Shown here in pieces: positions 1 to 11,365 of a stretch of 49,106 nt of DNA. The stretch comes from Octopus bimaculoides. Its lineage: Eukaryota. The stretch covers positions 36,967,989 to 37,017,094 of the forward strand of contig NC_068981.1 of NCBI RefSeq assembly GCF_001194135.2, given 5' to 3'. Both the position numbers and the translations under genes were made by a program. Below the pieces are notes generated by a model that saw only the letters and a list, made by a program, of their open reading frames with translations, was not told where the DNA came from and ran no database searches. How positions within the stretch are numbered: position 1 is the first letter of the stretch; each line of letters opens with the position of its first letter.

Positions 1-304
1 TACAAAGACCTGGAAATAGAGATAACTCGAATGTGGAATCTAAAAACAGAAACAATTCCTATCATAGTAGGTGCCTTAGGTATAATAAAAAAATATTCAG
101 ACAAATACATAACAAAAACACCAGGACTTACAAATATATATAACATACAGAAAATTGCACTACTGGGTACTGCACACATTCTACGCAAAACACTTTCAAT
201 ACAGTAAACATAAGAGCACCACAGCAAACCACAGCACATACCCAAGGCGCACAGAGCTGCGCTCGGTAGTGAAGTGAAAGCACGTTATAAAATTAAAACT
301 ACTG
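1..304 (+). mobile_element. 3' end of an R4/Dong/Rex6-like non-LTR retrotransposon (C-terminus of restriction-like endonuclease plus 3'UTR), ending in (TAA)n
   Basis: Frame +1, 1-207, reads YKDLEIEITRMWNLKTETIPIIVGALGIIKKYSDKYITKTPGLTNIYNIQKIALLGTAHILRKTLSIQ*. This matches the KYxDL..E..RMW....(V/I)P(V/I)(V/I)(V/I)GALG...QK.ALLG(S/T)AHI(I/L)RK pattern of R4-clade ORFs. It is followed by a 3'UTR and (AAT)n at 305-325. Confidence 0.85.
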
Positions 305-325
305 AATAATAATAATAATAATAAT

Positions 326-1365
326 TCGCTTATTGGCCACCTGGGCTCACATAAAATTACATTAAAAGACATACAACACAAAAGACAAAAACAGGACGAT
401 ACAATGGGTATTACAACGTGTAAACAATATAATAATCAAAATTAAACAATTTAAAACTCCCAATAGGGGAGGCGCTTTAATGCCCTCGGGGAAAACCCAC
501 AAAAGCCACGGGTGCCTGAACAACAGAGCAAGAGCCCTTTTGTTTACAGGTGCAAGCTCAGAATTGATCTTGTCACACTGGCCATTCTTCCAATATTCAC
601 CAACTTTTCAACAAACTTGCTACAAGGCAACATTGCCCTCTCCACCCTCAACTTCCTTTTCAAGTGAAACGTGAAAAAGTTGATGAGGGCTTGGCCAAAG
701 AGGAAAGTGTCTGTCTTTAGCCCTTTCAAACGGGTTCACCATACTACCTCTTTCGCTACAGCCACTAGACAAATAAAAATTGCCTTCCTCTACCGGCCAA
801 AATAACGTGGCGGGGCAATCTTCACAATGGATCCAGCTGATAGTCGGATCCGTCCAATACATGACAGCAGGTGGTCGGATCCGTCCAACACACGACAGCA
901 GGTGTTCCACATAAACCCACAGGTCAGCAATACTCGGGTACGGAACTAGGGTGTGCAGAAGTTTCATCGTTCTGTGTGCACCTCGGGCAGACCCGGCTAA
1001 CGGCACTTCCGTGCCTATAAAGTTTATCCCGAACAGGCAGCACTCCTCGGTAGCGCTTTTAGGCAAGGGATTTCTGGAAGTTATCCATAGGCCCAGGCCT
1101 GAAAGTTCTCCGAAACAGACCGGTTAGTTGTTCTTCACTGACGCCTAGCGTTTCCCTGAGAACGTCGTCGCACTTTCCTCTACTAGCTCCCTATAGAACG
1201 CTAGAGTAGAACTATTACCAACCGCATTGCTCGCCTGGTGGAGAGCTGTGAGGACTTGACGGCACTCGAGGTGCCAAGCGCTCCTCCTCGATCTACGCCT
1301 AAGCCAGGATTGCAGCTCAGTCAAAGAGACCAGCTGTGGAAAAGCGTGTTCACACATGCTCACTG
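326..1365 (-). mobile_element. 3' part of a Tx1/L1-clade LINE ORF2 (C-terminal region, degenerate zinc knuckle) plus 3'UTR, frameshifted
   Basis: Minus-strand peptides HAFPQLVSLTELQSW..WHLECRQVLTAL, LHTLVPYPSIADLWVYVEHLLS and KGLKTDTFLFGQALINFFTFHLKRKLRVER..SLHL* resemble Tx1-type ORF2 C-termini. The 3' end abuts (TTA)n. Confidence 0.75.
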
Positions 1366-1652
1366 TCAAGGAAACGCTGGAGATGCCGCAACCACACAGA
1401 CACCACAATGGAAGAATTTTTCTTTCCGACACACAATGCACAACCACTACACATACAGATTTTTAAAATGAATCAAGAAACATAATAAATAATAATAATA
1501 ATAAATTTTCCAAATGCTGTTGGGTCTTTCCAAAAGACTTTCCCCAAATGACTCGATAAAAACCTCGTGGAAATGCCCACAACAAAGTCCAGGGGAACAG
1601 CACTTCCAGACAACAATGGTAAGTAGAGCTCTTCTCTGAATTTATTTTTACA

Positions 1653-2008
1653 ATGGTCATGCTCAGAATAGGTTGTGTAAATGGCAGGGGCCTCGGGTTG
1701 CCTTAAAAACAAGGTCACCTATTAAATGACCTGAGGTCCCTTAGTATAGATGTTGCAGCCATTAGTGAATCCAGACTATCCAACTCACGGGACCTCATCA
1801 CCTTTTTCGGTGGATACGAGATCTACCTATCTCCGTGTAGGCCGGGAGGGGGCGGTGGTGGTACTGTGGTGTATTTCCGGAAGAGTCTGGATTTGAAAAT
1901 AAAGACAGTTTTCCTGGATCCAGAAAGTAAGTTGGTGGTCCTAGATGTGAACAGCAGTGACGGTGGTGCTTTCAGACTGGTGGCTGCCTATGCTCCGACA
2001 GGGGCAGC
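1653..2008 (+). mobile_element. N-terminus of a Tx1/L1 ORF2 apurinic-like endonuclease (APE), with an in-frame stop, inverted relative to the adjacent 3' part
   Basis: From the ATG at 1653 it reads MVMLRIGCVNGRGLGLP*KQGHLLNDLRSLSIDVAAISESRL...TVVYFRKSLDLKIKTVFLDPESKLVVLDVNSSDGGAFRLVAAYAP. This fits the APE motifs N(V/G)RGL, D(V/I)xxxxE and (V/I)YAP. Confidence 0.8.
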
Positions 2009-3954
2009 GCTGTCTCATTACTTCCCCCTAAAAGGGGGAGATTTTCAACAAAAGAACTCCTTCTGCACACCAAAAGGGGTTCGGAAAACAAAAACAGACA
2101 AGCAAAACAGTCAATAAGCACGAAAAAATAACAACAAAATCCAATCTGACGGAGCTCTGAAAAACACGTCTTAAGTTGCCGACGACAACAACAACAACAA
2201 TAATAATAATAATAACTATTATCATTATTATTATTATCATTATTGTTTATGGTTTCTTTTCATTATAACTTTATTTCAGCTGCCTTAGTACTGGGCATCC
2301 TCCAGAGGCCAAGAGTAGCAAGGGCACTTTTGTTTTGTTATGCATGCTAAAATTATCACTACATTTATTTCATTTCAGATGGAGAATGCTTTCCGTAGTA
2401 TATGGGCATCAAAGTTATTTTTTGTTGTTCAAGGAGATTGGAGTTACCAGGGAGTTGCTTCATATACTTCTCACATCCCAAGGCAAAAAAAAGAAAAAAA
2501 TTAAAATTGTAAAAATACTGACTGAATTTAGAAAAGACATGGAAAAAAAAACACATTTACATAAATGGACACAATTGAAGAAAATACTAGAGATCTGTAC
2601 CTTGACAGACATAAGCCAACATTTTAACACTAACTTTACAAGTGTGGTCAGCCAAAAGGATTCGATGGACATTGGGTCTTGGAAAAAAAAACATGGGTGT
2701 GACTTGATACGAGGGACAGTGCTTCCTAGCTAGAGTAATACAATCAGAAAGAATTCGTAAGGAAGGCAATATACATCTGTGTTACCCAAATCATTAACAC
2801 TATGTGAAAATTCGCTTACTTTTCTCCTTTTAAATTGCCAGTGTTTGTAGCCTTCAAGGCAACTTATTAAATTGTAAGCAAATATATGTCTAGACACAGA
2901 CTCGTTTGCATAACAGTTGACGACCTGACATTAATTATTAAAAGCATGAAGCTAAATACCAATTTTTCGGTTGATATGGTATGCTTTGATGAATATTTAT
3001 AATTTTGTATTCAAATTATAAAAGCTTTACACAAACATATATAATGTCAACGTGGAAACGATGAAATGCCAGAGGACTAAAATTAATAAAAAAAAGTATA
3101 ATTAAAATAGCAGATGATGTATTTGTATATAAAATTCATTCGAAGTTAGTTACCTACAGACATTTTTTAAGTTGCCTAATCAGTGAACGTCATCCACTCA
3201 AAATCTTTATTGTAGGTTTTGGCATGCATTACTTAAAGTATATTTCATTGAAGAGGTTTCATAAGGTTCAAACATATCTGGAGTTTCCTCAGTTCTTTCT
3301 AAGAATACTATGCCACCATTCAATTTTATTTAACAACTTTAGGTTCAACACATTAGATAAATGCTCTCCTACTTAACTGTTTATTTTTTTTCTTACTTTG
3401 GAAGAATTAAGCGAATCTATCTTTGGAATATTAAGAGACGATATAGTTAGTATTGAAATAACTCATCTTGTTTGTATTCTGCAATGTTTTTCGTCCAAAC
3501 AGTGAAATATTTATGTAAAAATGTTTCTAGATGCAAGTAACTGTCGTAATCTGTTTTGACAAAAGATATATCAAATACAAGTGACAGAGCTTGAACTAGT
3601 GACCTTTAGGTCGATGGATGAATACATTGTCCATTCAAATATCCTGCCACCATTGACCGCTGTGCTTATACGATATCATACAACTTTAAAAGAGCAAAGG
3701 TGCCATTTACAACATGAACTCATCTGAATTTCTCAATAATTCTGTATTCAATGAATTTGTAATGTATGTCGTTAGTATGAGGCGTTAAACCGGAGGAATC
3801 TGCAGAAGCGGGTTGTAATTTACAGAGGTCATTGAACGTTAGTCATATCAATCGACATAAAGAATCATTTGAATATAAAGAAGCGTCTTTGCAACAATCA
3901 TTTTCCATCTATTAATATTAATACTGACGTAAATGATAAGAACAAAATATGAAA

Positions 3955-4085
3955 ATTGACGAAGATAATGACGGTGACGACAATGACGATAACAACAACA
4001 GCAAAAACAGCAAAAGCAAAAACAACAACAACCATAATAAAAATAATGATAATAGAAAGAACAACAATAACAATAACTATAATCC
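3955..4085. repeat. Degenerate (AAC/AAT/GAC)n trinucleotide low-complexity tract
   Basis: Directly visible. It explains the poly-N/T/I ORFs at 3898-4261. Confidence 0.85.
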
Positions 4086-4467
4086 TGATAAAATCCTCAA
4101 ACCTTTTCACGGATGCAACTGTGACATTTTGTCCAGTTAAATCTCTCACAATTCTGTATAAAATATGCAGGTCATATATTGCTTCATATTCATACACCGA
4201 TTGTTGTAACCTTGGAAAAAGACCAACTTATATGTTGATTCTGTTTAAGAGCTGGAAATGAGTGTAACGTATTCATTTCACACTTTGTCTATCATTACAC
4301 ATTTTCTAACATCGAATAATCAGACAATAATTGACTATTGGCTCTGTTTACTGTTTAATTTCCATATTCATTCCACTATTATTTGAATAAAGGGGTTACA
4401 TTCCCAATAAGAAGCCTTGGAAATGTCATAAAAAACGGCATAAAACAACTTAGACAAAACAGAAAAA

Positions 4468-4545
4468 CTATGTGTATGTATGTATGTATGTATGTATGTA
4501 TGTATGTATGTGTGTATGTATGTATGCATGCATGTATGTATGTAT
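4468..4545. repeat. (TATG)n microsatellite
   Basis: Directly visible tandem repeat. Confidence 0.95.
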
Positions 4546-4997
4546 GAATACACAAAAAAGTATATACAAGCAAAAAACAGATATGTAAATGGTTCTTGAA
4601 AACGAGGGAATGAAACAAAAACTTTGGTGAATTTGGTTCTTTACCAATTTGTATTTTTTCGGATATATTGATCATTTACTCACGTATCTTCAATATATGT
4701 GTATACAAGTGCATTTTGGTATATACACGATAACCTATAGCAAAATGAAGAAATTTGTCTATAAGTATGTGTGTTTGTACTTGCATTCTCACTTTATAAA
4801 TGCCTGCATGAATATGTATCATAAATAGACATACATTTGTATGTATCCATATATATGTGTGCATGTTTATGCTTACATACATACATATGTACACCTATAT
4901 ATTTGCGAATATATTTATACAAGTATATGTATATTTACCTACCTACCTACATACATACATACATACATATATATGTATATATGAATATGTATATATA

Positions 4998-5203
4998 GGC
5001 TTCAAATTTTGGCACAAGGCCAGCAAAATCAAGAGAGGGTAAATCGATTACATCTACCCCAGTGCTCAACCGGTTATTTGCTTTATCGAGCCCAAAAGGA
5101 TGAAAAACAAAATCGACCATGGCGAAATTTGAACTCAGAACGGAAAGACGGACAAAATGCCGTTAGTCATTTTGTCCGGCTAAAGATTCTGCTAGCTCGC
5201 CGC
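4998..5203 (-). mobile_element. tRNA-derived SINE (family A, ~210 bp)
   Basis: The reverse complement shows an A-box-like head (GCGGCGAGCTAGCAGAATC), a B box (GAGTTCAAAT) and the body and tail shared with the ~17 other copies in the window. Confidence 0.85.
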
Positions 5204-5310
5204 ATTTATATATATATACACATATATACATGGATCAAATAGTTCGATTTAAATTCCTTTAGTCCTTCAAGTTTCAAGCGTGATGCTAGACTTCAACCAT
5301 TGTGTGTATT

Positions 5311-5344
<34 letters not shown>

Positions 5345-5502
5345 AAACAGAAGTACAATTAAAGGTTACAAACCTCATTCAGGGATAGCAAAATCCTATG
5401 AAAGTACTGGTTAATTACCTATACAAAGAGTATTGGACATTCTATTTAATACTCCACTGCAAGGTAACTATATAAACCGCGGTTTATATATATCTTATTT
5501 AT

Positions 5503-5809
5503 TATAATGATGAGAGAATAGAAAGGTAATTAGTGAATTATGATTTATTAATTAAAAAATTGACAAACATCCCTTATAGCTGTTTCAATTCAGGCTCTCA
5601 GAAAGTTAATTAATTGAATTAAAAACTATATTAAAGTTGAATCTCTTCAGAGATAGATAAAGGTATAACAATGTAAGTGTTCAATTTCCTCATATTGAGT
5701 AAAATTCCGAGAGCCTGAATTGAAACAGCTGTAAGAGATGTTTGTCAATCTTTTAATTAATAAATAATAATCTATTAATTACCTTTCTATTCTCTCATCT
5801 CATTTTATA
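5503..5809. mobile_element. Fold-back element with ~100-bp inverted arms (5503-5603 and 5705-5809), flanked by TA-rich repeats
   Basis: The arms align as reverse complements, e.g. GACAAACATCCCTTATAGCTGTTTCAATTCAGGCTCTCAGAA versus the RC of the right arm GACAAACATCTCTTACAGCTGTTTCAATTCAGGCTCTCGGAA. Confidence 0.85.
5569..5654 (-). ncRNA. Type I hammerhead ribozyme-like motif (canonical CUGAAGA core, long loop II, partly decayed)
   Basis: Minus strand: AUCU-CUGAAGA-GAUUCA-[45 nt]-UGAAUU-GAAA-C-AGCU-A-U-A-AGGGAU. Stem II has 6 bp. Stem III carries a C.A mismatch, whereas the opposite arm keeps AC-AGCU-GU. Stem I is only ~3 bp. Confidence 0.5.
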
Positions 5810-5877
5810 TACATACATACATACATACATATATATATATACACATACATACATACATACATACATACATACATACA

Positions 5878-5910
<33 letters not shown>
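5808..5910. repeat. (TACA)n microsatellite
   Basis: Directly visible. Confidence 0.95.
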
Positions 5911-5912
<2 letters not shown>

Positions 5913-6129
5913 GAGAACTGTACTTGTTTGGCATGTAACTTGATCTGAGAATGTGTTGAAACTGAAAAAATTACTTCGTAGAAAAGTAGTTTTAGCCATT
6001 TAAGAATACACTTAAGCTCCATTGTGCTTATGAGAAACTAATATGGCTATTGATTTGGTAGTGATTATAATGCTTATCTTAGTCCACTAGGAGTGATAAT
6101 GTGTTTAGTCTGGTATTTTAATTGTGTTC

Positions 6130-6560
6130 TAGGAGGATACGAATGTGATTGGGTTCTTGGAGGTAATTGGATATATTGTGGCAAGGTTTATAGGAATTGG
6201 AAATTGCTGCAATAGAAAACTGTGCCTTTCACATATTCAGGTAGATTTTTACATATATTTTTTTGTTGTTAAGTATCTTGCAATAATTCTTGACTGCACT
6301 CCTGGCATCGGTTATCAAGAGCAAACTCTGTTAGTAATTAGATATATAGCTAATGTTGTACAGCTAAATATTCCAGCAGGAGCATATGAACATTTCACGA
6401 AATGTTTATAGTGGTGGCAGGTTGCACAAATGGAGTTTAGTGCAACACCCTTCCGCACTAAGTTCAAACTTTAGAGCTGGGTGTTGAATATTTCCGTCGA
6501 CAAGATTATGAGAATAGTTCTAATATGAATTGATATTCCTCATGTGCGTAGGTACTACTC
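6130..6560 (-). mobile_element. Highly decayed Penelope-like element, GIY-YIG region
   Basis: Minus-strand fragments CATCHH... and FSCTTLAIYLITNRVCS resemble the C..C / F(S/T)C.(S/T)..(V/I)YLITC..C pattern upstream of the PLE GIY-YIG domain. Many stops are present. Confidence 0.35.
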
Positions 6561-7449
6561 CAAGAGAAAAATACAAGGTTTTTCTTTACCCAATGCTCAT
6601 GTCACAACTATAACTTAGTTTGGAGAGACAATAAAATCACAATATTCAGGTGCAATACATTTCCCTAGAATTCCGCCACGTTTTTCCACTTTGCATAATC
6701 TACTAAATGTTGAACTCGTTTTAGAAAACATGCAACGGCCCCAACTGTAAAATCTCTCACTGAAACACTGAAATCTACGGTGCACTAGAAAATTTAGTTG
6801 CAATCATTGATTGATTCTGAATTGTGTATCACTCAAATGAAAGGTAATTATTTTGGTCGCACTAGTTTTCCAGCGCTCCTATTTCTTTCAAATGAATTTG
6901 TGGGTGAAGAACTTCAGGGTCGTGCTATAGATGTAGCAGGGATTTCTTCATTCTAACCATTTTGTAACTATTTAAAGACATACAGGGTGAGGCAGAAATT
7001 TTGATAAAATATTAGGGAATTTTCTAAAGGTCTAGATGTTGGGCCTGTATTCATGACTCAGAACAAGTGCTTATGTAACAAACAAAGCAAAGAACAGTTA
7101 TATGATTATGAATAAGCAGATGAGCCTTTGACAGATGCAAACACTGGTAATTAAAGCACTGAGAGCACTTGGTTTGAATAACTGAAACATAAAACCATTA
7201 AATGTATTTGATTTCTTGTGCAATTTTCGGGTTTTGTCTAAAGGTACTTTAAGAAAATGTGAAGCAAACCTGGAGGTGACATGGATTGGTGTTAAGCTAG
7301 TACAGGTAAGAAATAAGGTCCTAAAACTGGGCGATGTAGGTGGTTAGATGCTTTGTAAAAACATGGACTCACTAAATCTAATTCTGCCATAAGAGTTTCA
7401 AAATTCAATGAGAATGCATGAATTCGTTGCCTGAAAAACACAGGTCTAC

Positions 7450-7661
7450 TACATTTTCAAAATTCTTTCTTTCTCTCCAGATTTTCCTTGTCACTCACAG
7501 TAATTGTAACATCAAGCGAAGCATATATTTCAAAGCTGAAACTGATTAGAACTTGCTTTAAATTATCAATGCATCAAAAATATTTGGGCTGTTTAAACTT
7601 AGACAAAATCCTAAATGATTTTTGGAGAGATAAAAGCAAGAAAGATAACTTTTATAAATAA
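7450..7661 (+). mobile_element. hAT-superfamily transposase remnant (C-terminal dimerisation domain), frameshifted
   Basis: FSKFFLSLQIFLVT / LTVIVTSSEAYISKLKLIRTCFKLSMHQKYLGCLNLDKILNDF resembles FPN..IALRIFLTLPVT.AS.ERSFSKLKLIKTYLRSTM.QERL..L....D..I.DF. Confidence 0.7.
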
Positions 7662-8669
7662 AAGAAGATTGTAGAAAACTGCAAACGAACGTTTATTTCC
7701 ACAATATTGTTCATTTACATTTTGAATGGGTCTTCTTGCTAAAGTTTAGTCATTTCTTTTAAGTGGTTTTGTAAAAAATATACTCTTTAAAAAGACATTT
7801 TGTTTATTTAGGATTCTGTATTTTTGTGGTTATGTTGTTTAAATAACTGTTTACGACGGATTGATATATAATGATGTGACTTTTATCCTAAAGCTGTGAA
7901 CTGAATTGAAATTAATTTGTTGGCTTTACGTGCGAATATGTTTTAGAAAACCCCAAAAGATTTGTTTCCAAAATGCTGTTCACTTGCAATTTCAAAGTTT
8001 CACCGAAACAAAAATAAATTAAAATTTTTAAGAGGCTATTTCGCTAAAACATACTTAGGCGCAATGTCTGATGTCCGCCAAAAAGATTCCAATGCCCCGT
8101 AGCTTCTAAGGCCATCTATTATTGCAGAAATTCTTTAATTTGTTAGGCGATGATGCATTTGAGTTTTTCTGATTTCCCAGTTACTTTACTAGTGAGTGTT
8201 AAGCGAGAGAGGGGTGGGTGGGTTATGGTCTAAGATAAAAAGTATCTGCTTGAATTTGGTGTCTCCGTCTTCCTAATGAGATTTATGGTGTCTGATTTTC
8301 AATGAATATCTGATAGATAAAATGAAAATGTTGTGTACTAAATGAGAGTGTATGTATTAATGTGTTTCCCAATGATAACACGCCATAATACGAGATTAGT
8401 AACCTGATAGTGCGATTGGTGAAGTTGGTGTTGGTATGCATATGATTATCATGTTTATGCATTTTGAACTGTTGGTTTTTCTTTTTGTTACTTTCAATTA
8501 TTGAATTTCTATTGTATCTTTCTATCATAAAATTCATGTACAGGGAATATGATTTTATGTTTTATGAAGTGCGCAATATGGTTTAGCTTGTCCCGTTCAA
8601 CGGATTGTACTGTGGAAGAATTGTACTTGGAATAGTTTCTTTTTATAAGTTGGATAAGAGAGGAGTAAA

Positions 8670-8900
8670 AAGGCTGATGATATTTTCATATCTTTCCAAA
8701 CTTATGAGATTCATGCTGCTGATGACCAGCATGAAGATCTTACGAGCAATACCTGAAGGAAAAAGGCGGGCGGAGAGATAATCGTGAAACTGAAGTGAAA
8801 GCTTGCAATACGGAATATTCCACTAAAGACAACCGCAAAAGATGCTGAACCAGTTGAAGATTTTGTTGTACGGCTCCGAATATGAAAAATGCTAACGTTA
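8670..8900 (+). mobile_element. Possible Gypsy gag remnant
   Basis: The fragments ADDIFISFQ and AKDAEPVEDFVVRLR resemble ADDI..SF and Q..GEPV..F(I/V)..L in Gypsy gag. The sequence is interrupted by stops. Confidence 0.3.
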
Positions 8901-10229
8901 TGTTTGATGGATATTTTAGCGCAATCAATGTGTTCTTTTGTGCCGTATTACAGAATGCTTGAATATTTGTTGGGTGTTTATGTAGTGTCTATTTGCTACT
9001 TTGTTTTGGTGTACTTTGTGTGTGAAATGTTAGTTGTTACTCATGTTGACTGTATTTTATACAGAGAGATGAACCTGAATAAATGATGATAGAGGTTTCT
9101 CACCGTATACATGTTTCATCGAGTGATTTTCGATTTGTGAGATTTGGTGTTTTGTATGTGTTATATCGCACGTTCGGATGACTTCTACTCAACTCCTCGA
9201 CGTCTAAACTTCTCCCTCTATATCTACGTATTGGGCTAGCCAACTTCATCGTCTGAGGGCGTCGACACAACAGTATGTTAATATATTACCCTTCAAATGT
9301 TCTCTCTGTCGTCGTTGTGTTCTTTAGTCTCTGTTCAACAGTGATTATACAAAGGTATGATCAAATGTATTCCAACTAATACAATTCCATCTTTTAAATA
9401 GTACCAAGGACTATATAAACTAATCTGTACTTTCTTGTTTAAGACAGTACGATTTTATTTGAGGGAGATTCGGTTCCTGTCTTTAAGAAGCCGAGCGCTT
9501 ACAAAGAGGATTTTTCGCCCTTACTGAATTTTTCTGACGCACAATGTTTATCTGTGTGTGTGTCAGCGTGTTCATCATGCATCCACAGTATCATCGATTT
9601 TAAGGTGTATTTTGAAAGATACTTAGCTGCTGTTTCTCGGATGACGAGCGGTCGCGTTTGTTCACATAATACAGGTATTCGCTTCAGATATCAATCTAGA
9701 AATATCTAAGACAAACTTAAAATCTATTGACATTATCGATCTGCAAAGAACATGATATTCGCTTTTACTTGCACAAGGATTACTGCTAAATCAAGATGTC
9801 TTAACCGTTGGGTAACCATTGCACATCAGAATCTGCTTCTATACCATTTGTCTCCAAACTGGATGCTACCTTTGCTCAACGAATGTCATTGGAATTGGTT
9901 AAACTGGGAAAACCTGATTTAATTCCTAAAGAAACATCGCGCTTATTGTTTTCTCTCAGAAATTTAATAATCATTATCTTATATTTTCAACACTCCCATC
10001 TATTTGAATAAAGAGTAATCCATAACTGAAGAGATTTTGTGTGCCAATCCGCTTTCGTCATTGGTCTCTAACTGTTGAAAGACCATCAGCATCATTAAAT
10101 CAAATATTGTATCCAGCTTGATTCTCATTAACTTGTGAAACAAACGTGTGTGTTTTACAAAGCTACTTCAACGGGATAAGATGTTGTAGCTTGATTTGTA
10201 TGATTCAAAAGACTCGCCAGTTTAATAGT

Positions 10230-10580
10230 TTAGTTTCCTAAGGAATGTCCTTTCAATCAAAATACTACATTGATAAAATGATATCAGCTGAGAAGGTCTG
10301 TACTCTTGCGATCAGCTGTTCATTCCTGGAAAATTAATTTTCCAAGTGCAAATCACGAAATACCAATATGCAGAGTTAATCTCCCCAGTTAATGTTTCTT
10401 CTATTTCCCAGGTCTCACTTCTATAGGCCAGAACTGCTTGAATGCATACTTTGAAAAGTGCATTTTATTTCTCTAACTGACTGAACAATTCCAAATAAAG
10501 TAAAGTTTGCATGATGCAAACCGTGATGATTGGTGTCTTTGTCCAAAGTTATTTCTATTCCACTGTCTGCTATGCAACAT
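10230..10580 (-). mobile_element. RTE-clade LINE remnant (region C-terminal to RT)
   Basis: Minus frame KVCIQAVLAYRSETWEIEE..GEINS resembles K.C(V/I).PVLLYGSETW.L....KL. Confidence 0.5.
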
Positions 10581-10936
10581 ACAAAATAGCAATAATATAT
10601 GACAATAGGAAGTTGAGGATCTAAGGTGGTAAATACGTGTACATATAATTTAGTTCATCAACAAACATTACTTCGGTGTTTAATTCAGTGATTTTTTATC
10701 CATTTTTGCAGATGTCATTTCAAAACATGCCAGTTGTGTTTGAAATGTTGTAGGGTTCATTCCTTAAAATTGCATCATCATGATGAAATGTTTTACTGTT
10801 TCTCCTTCTGTCAGTGTATCTCACTGACATGTCCATACGCAATACATAATCCTTAACAATTCAGAAAAGGTAATGGGCAAGTGTATCGCATTATTGTTGC
10901 CATGAGTACGGGGCGTTAATATTAATACAACATTTA

Positions 10937-11150
10937 AGGCGGCGAGCTGGCAGAATCGTTAGCACGTCCGGCAAAATGCTTCGCAGCATTTTATCCGTCT
11001 TTACGTTCTGAGTTCAAATACCGCTGAGGTTGACTTGGTTTTTCATTATTCCGGGGGTCGATTAAATAAGTATGAGTTGAGTACTGGGGTCGATGTAATC
11101 GATTTATTCCCTCCCTCGAAATTGTTGGCCTTGTGTCAAAATTTGCAACC
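10937..11150 (+). mobile_element. tRNA-derived SINE family A, first copy of a head-to-tail dimer
   Basis: AGGCGGCGAGCTGGCAGAATCGTTAG head, GAGTTCAAATACC B box, conserved body, tail ...CAAAATTTGCAACC. Confidence 0.9.
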
Positions 11151-11169
11151 AATATTAATACAATGTTTA

Positions 11170-11365
11170 AAGCGGTGAGCTAGCAGAATATTTAGCACGC
11201 CGGGCAAAATCTTAGCGTTACTTCATACGTCTTTACGTACTGAGTTCAAATTCCGCCGAGCTGACTTGCTTTTCATCCTTTTTGGGTCGATAAAATAAGA
11301 ACCGGTTGAGCACTGGGGTGAATGTAATCAACTTACTCACTTCCGTTGTGTCAAAATTTGAAACC
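11170..11365 (+). mobile_element. tRNA-derived SINE family A, second copy of the dimer
   Basis: GCGGTGAGCTAGCAGAAT head, GAGTTCAAATTCC B box, tail ...CAAAATTTGAAACC. Confidence 0.9.

Noticed and set aside
2335-2733. 132-aa ORF with a possible acceptor at 2378
   Set aside because: No recognisable domain; it depends on poly-A runs and cannot be assigned to a gene or TE.
7030-7550. Apparent three-exon mini-gene with good GT-AG sites (donors near 7146 and 7306, polypyrimidine acceptor at 7480) and a consistent phase
   Set aside because: The 'acceptor' and downstream sequence translate as a frameshifted hAT transposase C-terminus, and there is an upstream in-frame stop. The splice signals look coincidental.
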